Positions 9,231 to 16,279 of a stretch of 32,000 bases of DNA are shown here, piece by piece. The DNA comes from Methanopyrus kandleri AV19 (GTDB taxonomy: Archaea; JAADCQ01; Methanopyri; Methanopyrales; Methanopyraceae), in NCBI RefSeq assembly GCF_000007185.1, contig NC_003551.1, positions 690,001-722,000 on the forward strand, read 5' to 3'. Below the pieces are notes generated by a model. It had not been told where the DNA came from, did not search any database, and saw nothing but the letters and a program-made list of their open reading frames with translations. The stretch's first letter is position 1; each line of letters begins with the position of its first letter. The position numbers and the translations under genes were made by a program.

Positions 9231-10091
9231 TTGAAACTCTCCGTCCCCGGTGCCCTGACGGGCTTTTTTCACCCGCAGCCCGGTAAGACGCCGAAAGACA
9301 CAGGATCGCCCGGCTTCGGCCTAGCCGTCGATTCCGTTGTGATCGTACGTGTCCGACGCCTTCGGGCTGAGCGTCTCAGAGTTCGCGCAGATCATCCAAT
9401 CGACTCTCGAATAGCCCGGAAGTGCTACGAAGTGCTCGATCCCGATGGGGGCCTCAGCGTTCGTTACGAATTCTCCGTACCCCCTGGTTGCGGCTTAGGG
9501 ACCAGTGCGGCCTCCGCCCTGGGAACGTTGGCGGCCGGGGCCGCCGAGATAGGTCTCGAGGTGAGCCCCGAGTGGATCGCACGTCGCGCTTACGAGATAG
9601 AGCTAGAGCTAGGTACGGGCATCGGTGACGTGGTAACGATCTGGCACGGCGGAGCCGTCCTCCGGGTCGGACCCGGGTACCCGGACGAGGTTCTCATCCA
9701 CCGAATACCAGTCGAACCGGACCTCCGTGTCCTGATCTATGAGCCCCGACCTATCGAGACTCGCGAGGCACTCGATGGACTTTCGGGCACCGAGGTAGCC
9801 CTCAGGTACCTGAAGGAACTCGAGAGGCACCCGGATCTCGAACTCGCGCTCCGTAGGTCGTTGGAATTCGCCGAACGGCTCGGATTCTCCGAGGAAGTTA
9901 AGCTCGCCAAGGAGCTCTCCCACAAGCACCTGGGAGCTTCGATCGCCATGCTCAGTCGAACGGTTTTCGCGGTATCGTGGGAACAGGATCCACAAGCCGA
10001 CGTCGAGCTCCCTGTATCCTGCAGCTCCTTCCCGGAAATCATTTCAGGAATTTCCGAAATTCAGTGTGAACGGGGACTGAGAGATGTGTGA
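9231..10091 (+). CDS. GHMP-family kinase, most like archaeal pantoate kinase (CoA biosynthesis)
   Basis: 286 aa. GHMP motif PPGCGLGTSAASALG. N-terminal ALTGFFHP...GSPGFGLAV and the later GTGIGDVVTIWHGGAVLRVGPG resemble pantoate kinase rather than archaeal shikimate kinase. The TTG start directly follows the sucD stop. Confidence 0.6.
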   Translation: MKLSVPGALTGFFHPQPGKTPKDTGSPGFGLAVDSVVIVRVRRLRAERLRVRADHPIDSRIARKCYEVLDPDGGLSVRYEFSVPPGCGLGTSAASALGTLAAGAAEIGLEVSPEWIARRAYEIELELGTGIGDVVTIWHGGAVLRVGPGYPDEVLIHRIPVEPDLRVLIYEPRPIETREALDGLSGTEVALRYLKELERHPDLELALRRSLEFAERLGFSEEVKLAKELSHKHLGASIAMLSRTVFAVSWEQDPQADVELPVSCSSFPEIISGISEIQCERGLRDV

Positions 10092-10260
10092 GTTCACTGT
10101 CAAACTAGGTGGTGAGGTGATCGCGGAGGACGTCCTGTACCTGGAAGTGACGGAGGAGGGTGTCGTACTGCGCGACGTGATGGGGGAGGAACAGGTGATC
10201 GAAGGTGCCCAAGTCAAGCGCATCGACATGGACGAGCACGTGGTGGAGCTCGAGCGCTGA
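10084..10260 (+). CDS. CooT-family small protein (putative nickel-binding, formerly annotated as predicted RNA-binding); below the ORF-track length cutoff
   Basis: My own translation gives MCEFTVKLGGEVIAEDVLYLEVTEEGVVLRDVMGEEQVIEGAQVKRIDMDEHVVELER (58 aa). The ATG overlaps the upstream stop by 8 nt (ATGTGTGA). The invariant Met-Cys2 start and alternating beta-strand pattern match CooT. Confidence 0.6.
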   Translation: MCEFTVKLGGEVIAEDVLYLEVTEEGVVLRDVMGEEQVIEGAQVKRIDMDEHVVELER

Positions 10261-10293
10261 CCCCCAGTTCAGGTCCCGACCCCGGGCACCGAG

Positions 10294-10318
10294 GATCGTT
10301 ATGGACACCATAACGGTC
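10294..10318. terminator. Perfect-core stem-loop in the convergent spacer between the CooT-like ORF and pyrF
   Basis: CGTTATGG-ACA-CCATAACG forms 8 perfect bp with a 3-nt loop. It extends to 11 bp with one G-U pair. It lies between two convergent stops, so a terminator or processing role is inference. Confidence 0.3.
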
Positions 10319-10348
10319 ATGAGTGGGGCTCGGCGCTCATGGGACTCG

Positions 10349-11005
10349 TCACCGTTCGGCCGGCCTGGAAGTCCTCATCGCCCGAGTCAAATCCTTCGCC
10401 GCTTCCACGGGGTCGTGCGCTTCCGTGATCGCCCGACCGACTATCTCGAAATCCGCACCAGCTCGCACCGCGTCACCGGGCGCCGCTCCCTGAGCTCCTA
10501 CACCGGGGCTGGCGATGAGCTTGTCGGTGATCTTCCGGACCTCCCGGACTCTCTCGGGTCTCGTCGCCGGGGCCACGTACCCGACAACACCGTCGATGTC
10601 GTCGCATGCTTTAACGATGTCCCGGCAAGCTCGATCGTAGAACTCCCGCGCCCCCGGGTGACTCATCGTAGCTACCACGAACACCGGTAGCACCTCAGCG
10701 CATTCCTCGACGACGTCCGGACCTACGAACCCGTGAACTATGGCGGCGTTGGCGCCGGCCTCGCTCACACGCTCGACGATCGACCGCGATATCTCCGGAA
10801 TGTCCGCCGTTTTCAAATCCACGAGCAGGAACGATTCTTCTAGCACTTCGGCGACCCGCTCTATCCCCGCCGCCCCTTCGGCCAGCACCACTTCGTACCC
10901 TACTTTGAACCCGTCGACGTATCCGTCAAGTGTTTCCGCGATCTCCACCGCGCGATCCGGTGACACGTCCAGCGCAACGATCAGGCGCGTATCGGGTTCG
11001 AGCAC
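10349..11005 (-). CDS. pyrF: Orotidine 5'-phosphate decarboxylase
   Basis: 218 aa. LIVALDV, VDLKTADIPEI and FEIVGRAI motifs of OMP decarboxylase. Confidence 0.9.
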   Translation of the reverse strand: MLEPDTRLIVALDVSPDRAVEIAETLDGYVDGFKVGYEVVLAEGAAGIERVAEVLEESFLLVDLKTADIPEISRSIVERVSEAGANAAIVHGFVGPDVVEECAEVLPVFVVATMSHPGAREFYDRACRDIVKACDDIDGVVGYVAPATRPERVREVRKITDKLIASPGVGAQGAAPGDAVRAGADFEIVGRAITEAHDPVEAAKDLTRAMRTSRPAER

Positions 11006-11478
11006 CTGATCGCCCCCGTCAACAGTTCCGCAGCGTGGTACCCGAGGTCGAAGGTTATGACGGCGAGTGCCGTGATACCGTCCAGGACCCCAAATGCCCA
11101 GCCCACCACGGCTCCGATCTTGAGTACGGGTCGTAATCCCGTGGGTTCGACGGGGTGAATGATCTCGTCGAGGGTCGCTAAGACCGTGATGACCAGCAAG
11201 GTGAGCGGGGTTACCTCGGGGCGCGTGATCAGGACGCCGAGCGCTACGATAGCGGCGGCCGCGAGGTGGGGAATCTCGTCGATCTTACCGGCGACGGCGT
11301 TGCCGAGGATCAGTCCCAGGTATAAGTCCGGCCTTACCCCGGTGGCCACGGAAGCTAGGGCCGCGGCCGCCGCCACGAGCCCGCACGGTAACGCCCACTG
11401 CGGCCGGCTCAACTCATCTACCAAGTCGTCCGCGATCTTCAGCGCGAACCCGGACACCGCCGCCAGCTCAGGCCCCAA
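10981..11478 (-). CDS. Small integral membrane protein, unknown function
   Basis: 165 aa with about 5 hydrophobic helices rich in A/G/L/V. The TTG start directly abuts the dys stop, and the 3' end overlaps the pyrF start by 25 nt. I recognise no family. Confidence 0.55.
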   Translation of the reverse strand: MGPELAAVSGFALKIADDLVDELSRPQWALPCGLVAAAAALASVATGVRPDLYLGLILGNAVAGKIDEIPHLAAAAIVALGVLITRPEVTPLTLLVITVLATLDEIIHPVEPTGLRPVLKIGAVVGWAFGVLDGITALAVITFDLGYHAAELLTGAIRCSNPIRA

Positions 11479-12372
11479 TCATACGATCCCCAGCCGCTGC
11501 ATGACGCCGGATGCGAGCAGTGGGAAGATTATCAGGTAGTCCCCCACGATGGTGGCCACCTCGGCGTCTTCTCGCACCTTCTCCCACGATTTACCTTCCT
11601 CCAGAGGCGCACCACTGAGGCTTCCCGTTTCGGGCCTATCCATCGTGATCTGAACGGCGTAGTCCAGACCACCTCGAAGCATCGCGGCCCCCATCGCGAA
11701 GTGCTTCGGCACGCTCCCGCCTAAGATGATGGCTCCTAACTCCTCGGCTTCGAAAACGAGGTCCGCGAGATGGTGCATATCGTCCACAAGGTCCAGGTGA
11801 AAGTCGTGATCCTGTGAGTGTATCCACACGTGCAGGCCGACCATCGAGTCCAGTATTCCCGGCGAGTATATCGGCACTCCTTCGTCGGCTGCGGCCCTGA
11901 GGAAGCCGCTCTCGAGCCTCTTCCCCATTTCCCACAGCAGCTCTCGGCAGGATACGCGCCCCGAGAGATCGGAGAGGACTTCCCGCATGAAGTGCTCGAA
12001 CTTCTCGAACGCTTCCGTCGGTATGTGCGTATCATGAACCCGACCGTACCCATCGACGTTGCGCTCTCCCAAGCACACGTGGATACCGCCGAGGGCGTCC
12101 AGGGCGTCGTGAACTACGTTAGCGCCGGACGTGATCACGGCGTCGACGAGGCCTTCACGGATGAGCCGCTCGAAGAGCTCGCCGAGTCCACCCGCTACCG
12201 CAGGGCCGGCTACGGTGAGGAGGACCGTGACGTCGTCCGAAGACCACATCTTCTCCAAGATCCGTGCCGCTCTACCCAATCTTCCGGCGCCTAACGCGCC
12301 GACGCGTTCCATCTCTCGCAGGAACCCGTCGAGGTCCATGTCGCCTCGATACCTGAACGTTTCACGCTTCAC
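11479..12372 (-). CDS. dys: Deoxyhypusine synthase
   Basis: 297 aa. DHS-type sequence (LTVAGPAVAGGLGELF...LVDAVITSGANVVHD, GGSVPKHF). It overlaps the agmatinase stop by 4 nt. Confidence 0.9.
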   Translation of the reverse strand: MKRETFRYRGDMDLDGFLREMERVGALGAGRLGRAARILEKMWSSDDVTVLLTVAGPAVAGGLGELFERLIREGLVDAVITSGANVVHDALDALGGIHVCLGERNVDGYGRVHDTHIPTEAFEKFEHFMREVLSDLSGRVSCRELLWEMGKRLESGFLRAAADEGVPIYSPGILDSMVGLHVWIHSQDHDFHLDLVDDMHHLADLVFEAEELGAIILGGSVPKHFAMGAAMLRGGLDYAVQITMDRPETGSLSGAPLEEGKSWEKVREDAEVATIVGDYLIIFPLLASGVMQRLGIV

Positions 12373-13082
12373 CTTTCAGCCACTCCCTTGAGGTATTCGC
12401 CCACCAAGCGGGCGGCCGTCACCGGCGACACGTGGCTTTCGACCGTGGGACAGAGCTCGACTACATCTAGGTGAGCACGCTTCCGACCGGCCCATCTCAA
12501 GATGTCGGCGCAGAGGCGGTACGGGAGTCCCCCCGGTTCTGGAGTGGTTACACCCGGGACTACGGACGGATCCAGGACGTCGAGGTCTAGCGACACGTAG
12601 TCCACGTCGTCGATTACCTCGGTTATATCTCCGTGATCGACGGAGACCACGTGCTCGTGCTCGCGGAACACGTCGTACTCTTCCCGGGACCAACACCTGA
12701 CGCCTACCAAGAACACCTCGTCGACGATCTCCAGGCAGCCCCGTAGGGCCCCGTCGTGACGTTCGGATCTACGGAGGTCCGGGTGCGCGTCCAGCCAGAG
12801 CAAACGCCGTGGGGTGAGTTCTTGAACGATTTCGGGCGTGATAGAGTGATCGCCGCCGAGCACCACGAATATCTCGGGCTCGCTTTCAGGCTCGAACGTC
12901 CTGAGGTTCCCCTCATCTACCAGGGTCAGGATTTCCAGCGGGTCACCGACCTCCGGGTCGTAAAAGTCCAGGGTGGAAGCCGCCGACCTCACGGCGTTCG
13001 GAGCCTCGGCTTGTCCGGTCGGGTACTCTGGGAGCACACGCTCCCTGGGAAGTCCGACTACGGCTACATCCGGGGATTTCAC
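12369..13082 (-). CDS. speB: Agmatinase / ureohydrolase (arginase family)
   Basis: Arginase-family Mn ligand motifs (LGGDHSIT, WLDAHPDL, SLDLDVLDP, TPEPGGL). The maximal ORF reaches a TTG at 13193, but that W/R/S-rich extension overlaps aIF5A by 77 nt. The in-frame GTG at 13082 gives MKSPDVAVVGLP, a typical family N-terminus, so the start call is inference. Confidence 0.8.
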   Translation of the reverse strand: MKSPDVAVVGLPRERVLPEYPTGQAEAPNAVRSAASTLDFYDPEVGDPLEILTLVDEGNLRTFEPESEPEIFVVLGGDHSITPEIVQELTPRRLLWLDAHPDLRRSERHDGALRGCLEIVDEVFLVGVRCWSREEYDVFREHEHVVSVDHGDITEVIDDVDYVSLDLDVLDPSVVPGVTTPEPGGLPYRLCADILRWAGRKRAHLDVVELCPTVESHVSPVTAARLVGEYLKGVAER

Positions 13083-13116
13083 GTCGTCGGATGAAAACGA
13101 GAGTGGGAAGCGGGGT

Positions 13117-13521
13117 TCACTCTTCCTCCTTGATTCCCACAATTTTACGCTTGCCCGCTGCCTCCATGTACTCCACCATGGTTCCCGGTTCAAGCTGCGA
13201 GGCGAGTTCCTCGTCCTCCGGCTTCTGAACTTCGAATGTCTCGTAGGTTTCCATATCCATCAGCTGCACCGTATCACCCATATCGGAGACTACCTGGGCT
13301 GTCTTCCGCTCGATCACCGGTACATCCACCTTCGCGTCCACCGGTTTAGTAAGCGTGCGCTTCTTACCGTCGAACAGCCCTACCGCTACGATCCGCGCCT
13401 TCGCCGAACCGTGCTTACCCGGTGAGGACGTGGTGTACTCCACAATCTTACACGGCTCGTCGTCGATCATGATGTACTTGCCCTTCTTAAGCTGCCGCAC
13501 CTCGACTTTCTTCACGGCCAC
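13117..13521 (-). CDS. eif5a: Translation initiation factor 5A (aIF5A)
   Basis: 134 aa. Hypusination loop [16 protein letters not shown]-fold C-terminus. GAAGGGGG Shine-Dalgarno-like string before the GTG start. Confidence 0.95.
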   Translation of the reverse strand: MAVKKVEVRQLKKGKYIMIDDEPCKIVEYTTSSPGKHGSAKARIVAVGLFDGKKRTLTKPVDAKVDVPVIERKTAQVVSDMGDTVQLMDMETYETFEVQKPEDEELASQLEPGTMVEYMEAAGKRKIVGIKEEE

Positions 13522-13568
13522 GTCCAGAACCCCCTTCCCGGAGTGTCACGGCGCGAGCGAGATCCCTC

Positions 13569-13576
13569 CTAATAAG
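13569..13576. promoter_or_regulatory. Only AT-rich element in the divergent aIF5A/pdaD spacer (possible shared TATA)
   Basis: CTAATAAG / CTTATTAG lies in the 74-nt spacer, about 50 nt from the aIF5A start and about 20 nt from the pdaD TTG. Direction and use are not determinable from sequence. Confidence 0.3.
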
Positions 13577-13595
13577 CTTCGCGAGGGGGATAGGA

Positions 13596-14051
13596 TTGCT
13601 GGGAGTACCTAAGAAGTACGCCCTAGTATCCGGAACCGGCGAGGCAGATACGTCCCTAGCGGCCTTCGACGCCGCGCTGATCGATGCGGGGATAGGTGAC
13701 TGCAACCTCGTGGAGCTGTCCAGCATACTTCCCCCGAACGCTGAGGAGGACGACCTTCCGGAGTTCCCACCCGGGTCCATAGTGCCGGCCGTAGTAGCGA
13801 AGGCCGTGGGACGCGGCCTGGTGTCGAGCTGCATCTGCGTAGGAAGGCTGGAGTCCGGTCTCGGGATCGTTTCGGAACGGGCCGCCACCGATAGCGTAGA
13901 AACGGTTCGGAGGCTCGCTAAAAGGGACGTCGAGGAGATGGCTAGACTCCGCGGTGAGAAGCTCGTGGAAGTGCGCACGGTCACGGCTTCTACCGAGCCC
14001 GAGGACGCGGAATGGGCGGCGGCGGTAGCGGCGGTGGTCTTCTGGGGGTGA
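13596..14051 (+). CDS. pdaD: Pyruvoyl-dependent arginine decarboxylase
   Basis: 151 aa. AFDAALIDAGIGDCNLVELSSILPP contains the Ser-Ser self-cleavage site of PdaD. The length is typical. Confidence 0.9.
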   Translation: MLGVPKKYALVSGTGEADTSLAAFDAALIDAGIGDCNLVELSSILPPNAEEDDLPEFPPGSIVPAVVAKAVGRGLVSSCICVGRLESGLGIVSERAATDSVETVRRLAKRDVEEMARLRGEKLVEVRTVTASTEPEDAEWAAAVAAVVFWG

Positions 14052-14057
14052 TCTCGA

Positions 14058-15071
14058 GTGAGAGAGACCGTCGAGAAGATCGTCAAGGAGCGGGTTTTAC
14101 CGGAGGTATCCAAGGTACGTCGTGGTTGGGTCGAAGTCGGTAGGGGTGCGGACGGAACTCCGACGATGCGGGTGGACGAGGTAGCGGAGCGGGAGTTCCT
14201 CCGCGGGTTAGAAGAGGAGGGCGTGGACGCGAGGGTAATCAGCGAGGAATCCGGTGAGATGCGTGTGGGTGAGGCCCCCGAGGTAACGCTGGTCTTAGAC
14301 CCGCTCGACGGCTCACACAATGCCAGTCGCGGTCTTCCGTTCTACTGCGTTTCAGTCGGTATCGCCGATCCGGAGGCCGAGACTCTGGATGACGTGGAAG
14401 AGGGTTTGGTGGTTTCGGAACTGCTGACCTTCGGTCCCGGTGACGTCGAAGAGAAGCCGGTGGTGGAACGCCCGCTGGTTTCGGCGTACTACTACGGATC
14501 GGACCGGATGCCGGTTGAGTTCTCCCGGGGTCGTTTCAAGCTCCGTTGCTTGGGGTCAGTGGCCTTGGAACTGGCTTTAGTGGGGAAGGGAGCTCTGGAC
14601 GGGTTCGTAGACGTTCGGGGCAGTCTGCGCCCTACGGACGTAGCGGGGGCATTCGGAGCTGCGCGAGGTGAGCTAGCCTTCATATTCGCGCGGAACGGTC
14701 GGGAGCTGGATCCTTCTGAGATACCACTGCGACCGGACTTCCGCTTCGAACTGGCAACGGCCCGGAGCGAAGATGAGGCTCGGGAGCTCTTCGAGGCCCT
14801 GAAGGAGGACGTGGGTATCCGTGTGGCGCAGCGTCTGTTCGGTAAGCATCCCGAAGGACTCTCGGAACACGCTCTGTGCGGTAAGTTAGGTGAGGAATGC
14901 TGCGAACTGGCTCACGCCGTGGGTAAGGAAGAGGGGTACGGGGAGGAGCTCGCGGACGTGTTCGCTCTCGTCATGAACCTAGCGAACGAGCTCGACGTGG
15001 ACGTTTTGACGGAACTGCGGCGTAAGTTTCGGAGGGTGTTCGGATGTTCCGACCGCAGGTCGTCGGTGTGA
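14058..15071 (+). CDS. Inositol-monophosphatase-family phosphatase (likely NADP/FBP/IMP phosphatase) fused to a C-terminal MazG-like NTP pyrophosphohydrolase domain
   Basis: 337 aa. IMPase motifs VISEESGE, LVLDPLDGSHN and PTDVAGA lie in the first ~245 aa. The last ~80 aa (LCGKLGEECCELAHAV...EELADVFALVMNLANELDVDV) match the MazG all-alpha EExxE...ExxD pattern. Confidence 0.75.
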   Translation: MRETVEKIVKERVLPEVSKVRRGWVEVGRGADGTPTMRVDEVAEREFLRGLEEEGVDARVISEESGEMRVGEAPEVTLVLDPLDGSHNASRGLPFYCVSVGIADPEAETLDDVEEGLVVSELLTFGPGDVEEKPVVERPLVSAYYYGSDRMPVEFSRGRFKLRCLGSVALELALVGKGALDGFVDVRGSLRPTDVAGAFGAARGELAFIFARNGRELDPSEIPLRPDFRFELATARSEDEARELFEALKEDVGIRVAQRLFGKHPEGLSEHALCGKLGEECCELAHAVGKEEGYGEELADVFALVMNLANELDVDVLTELRRKFRRVFGCSDRRSSV

Positions 15072-15874
15072 CCGGCAGAACGGACCTGGGTAGAGCAGTG
15101 CGGGTCGCGGAGAGAGTGTGTCGTCTTTGCGACCGGGAAGGGTTCGAAGTCCTAGTGGACGATTCGCTGGGGATCGGCGAATACCCCCGGGTTAACTTGA
15201 AAGACATGGGCAAAGAGGTCGATATGATCATCACGATCGGCGGTGATGGGACCATACTCCGCGTCTCGAGGATTACGTCAGAGTATGAGGTGCCGATCTT
15301 GGGTGTGAACCTAGGAAAGTTCGGATTCCTAACCGAGGTGAGTGAGAGTGGCCTGAAGGAAGCCGTATCTCGGCTCGCTCGGGGAGATTTCAACCTAGAA
15401 GAACACCGAAAGCTCAGGATAAAGATAGGGGGATCCGACGAAGGAGACGCTCTCAACGAGGTCACCGTGATCACGAGTCGACCTGCTAAAATGATCAGGT
15501 ACCGGCTGTCCATCGACGGGTTCGAGTTGGAGACCACGTGGGCGGACGGTGTACTAGTGGCGACCCCGACGGGTTCCACCGCCTACTCCCTCTCAGCCGG
15601 AGGTCCAATCGTGGAGCCACAGGTGGAGTGTTCCATTATTACTCCTCTGAACCCGTTCAAGCTGGAGGCACGGCCTATGGTGGTTTCCATGGACCGACGC
15701 GTGGAGATCGACGTGGACGACCCTGAGCGTGCCGAGGTCGTCGTCGACGGGCAGGAGTACATGAATCTCGACGGCACGGTGTCCGTTACGCGATCCCCGA
15801 ACGTGGCGCGGTTTATACGGTTCGGGTCGACGTACTTCGAGCGGTTGAAGGAAAAGTTCCTGAGGTGGGATTGA
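15044..15874 (+). CDS. nadK: NAD kinase
   Basis: 276 aa. GGDGTILR, NLGKFGFLTE and ATPTGSTAYSLSAGGPIV motifs. The ATG is preceded by GGAGGGTG and overlaps the upstream gene by 28 nt. Confidence 0.9.
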   Translation: MFRPQVVGVTGRTDLGRAVRVAERVCRLCDREGFEVLVDDSLGIGEYPRVNLKDMGKEVDMIITIGGDGTILRVSRITSEYEVPILGVNLGKFGFLTEVSESGLKEAVSRLARGDFNLEEHRKLRIKIGGSDEGDALNEVTVITSRPAKMIRYRLSIDGFELETTWADGVLVATPTGSTAYSLSAGGPIVEPQVECSIITPLNPFKLEARPMVVSMDRRVEIDVDDPERAEVVVDGQEYMNLDGTVSVTRSPNVARFIRFGSTYFERLKEKFLRWD

Positions 15875-15967
15875 TGTCGCTACGCGACACGATCAAGGAA
15901 ATCGGTGAGGCGATCTTCCGGGCGTTTCTAGTGGGACCACTGCCTAGGCTCCTAGCGTGCGTGTGTT

Positions 15968-16243
15968 TCACCCTCTGGATCCACCTCTACCGCGAGGGTC
16001 GCGAATGGAAGAGATCACATCGAGAGTAGCTGCCGCTAGCTCGACGTCTTCCGCCTTTACGGTCTTCCTGCCCGCGTGACGGGCCGCGAGAACCGACAAC
16101 TCCGCCAGTGCTAGGCTGAGGGACTCGATCACCCGATAGTACTCCTTCTTGGCACTCATCCTGACGCCGAGGACTCCGTCGGCGGATCGGGCCGACTTCT
16201 TGAGTATCTCTTCCAGAACGTTCGTCGGGAGATCGGGGTCCAA
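15968..16243 (-). CDS. Histone-fold protein (archaeal HMf-family-like singlet with extended L1 loop and C-terminal tail)
   Basis: 91 aa. ARHAGRKTVKAEDVELA matches the alpha2-L2-alpha3 signature of archaeal histones (HAGRKT[IV]KAEDIELA). The N-terminal DLPTNVLEEILKK corresponds to alpha1. GGGGAGGGG precedes the TTG start. Confidence 0.7.
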   Translation of the reverse strand: MDPDLPTNVLEEILKKSARSADGVLGVRMSAKKEYYRVIESLSLALAELSVLAARHAGRKTVKAEDVELAAATLDVISSIRDPRGRGGSRG

Positions 16244-16279
16244 GCTTTCCCCTCCCCTGGGGTGCTCGGGGGGACTCAG

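Noticed and set aside
10205-10690. 161-aa plus-strand ORF running from the CooT-like ORF into pyrF antisense
   Set aside because: It is out of frame with the convincing 58-aa CooT-like ORF, crosses the convergent spacer and hairpin, and is antisense to pyrF. Its composition is R/S/P-rich.
13083-13193. N-terminal 37-codon extension of the agmatinase ORF (TTG at 13193)
   Set aside because: The extension is W/R/S-rich, overlaps the aIF5A 3' end by 77 nt in another frame, and precedes a GTG that yields a family-typical N-terminus. The true start remains unverified.
13487-14320. 277-aa minus-strand ORF spanning the aIF5A/pdaD spacer, pdaD and the start of the IMPase-like gene
   Set aside because: It is S/T/R/P-rich and low in complexity, with no motifs. 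It is antisense to two well-supported genes, pdaD and the IMPase-like gene. It looks like a typical shadow ORF of high-GC DNA, where stop codons are rare.
14971-15579. 202-aa minus-strand ORF antisense to nadK
   Set aside because: It is an S/P/T/R-rich shadow ORF opposite a gene with clear NAD-kinase motifs.
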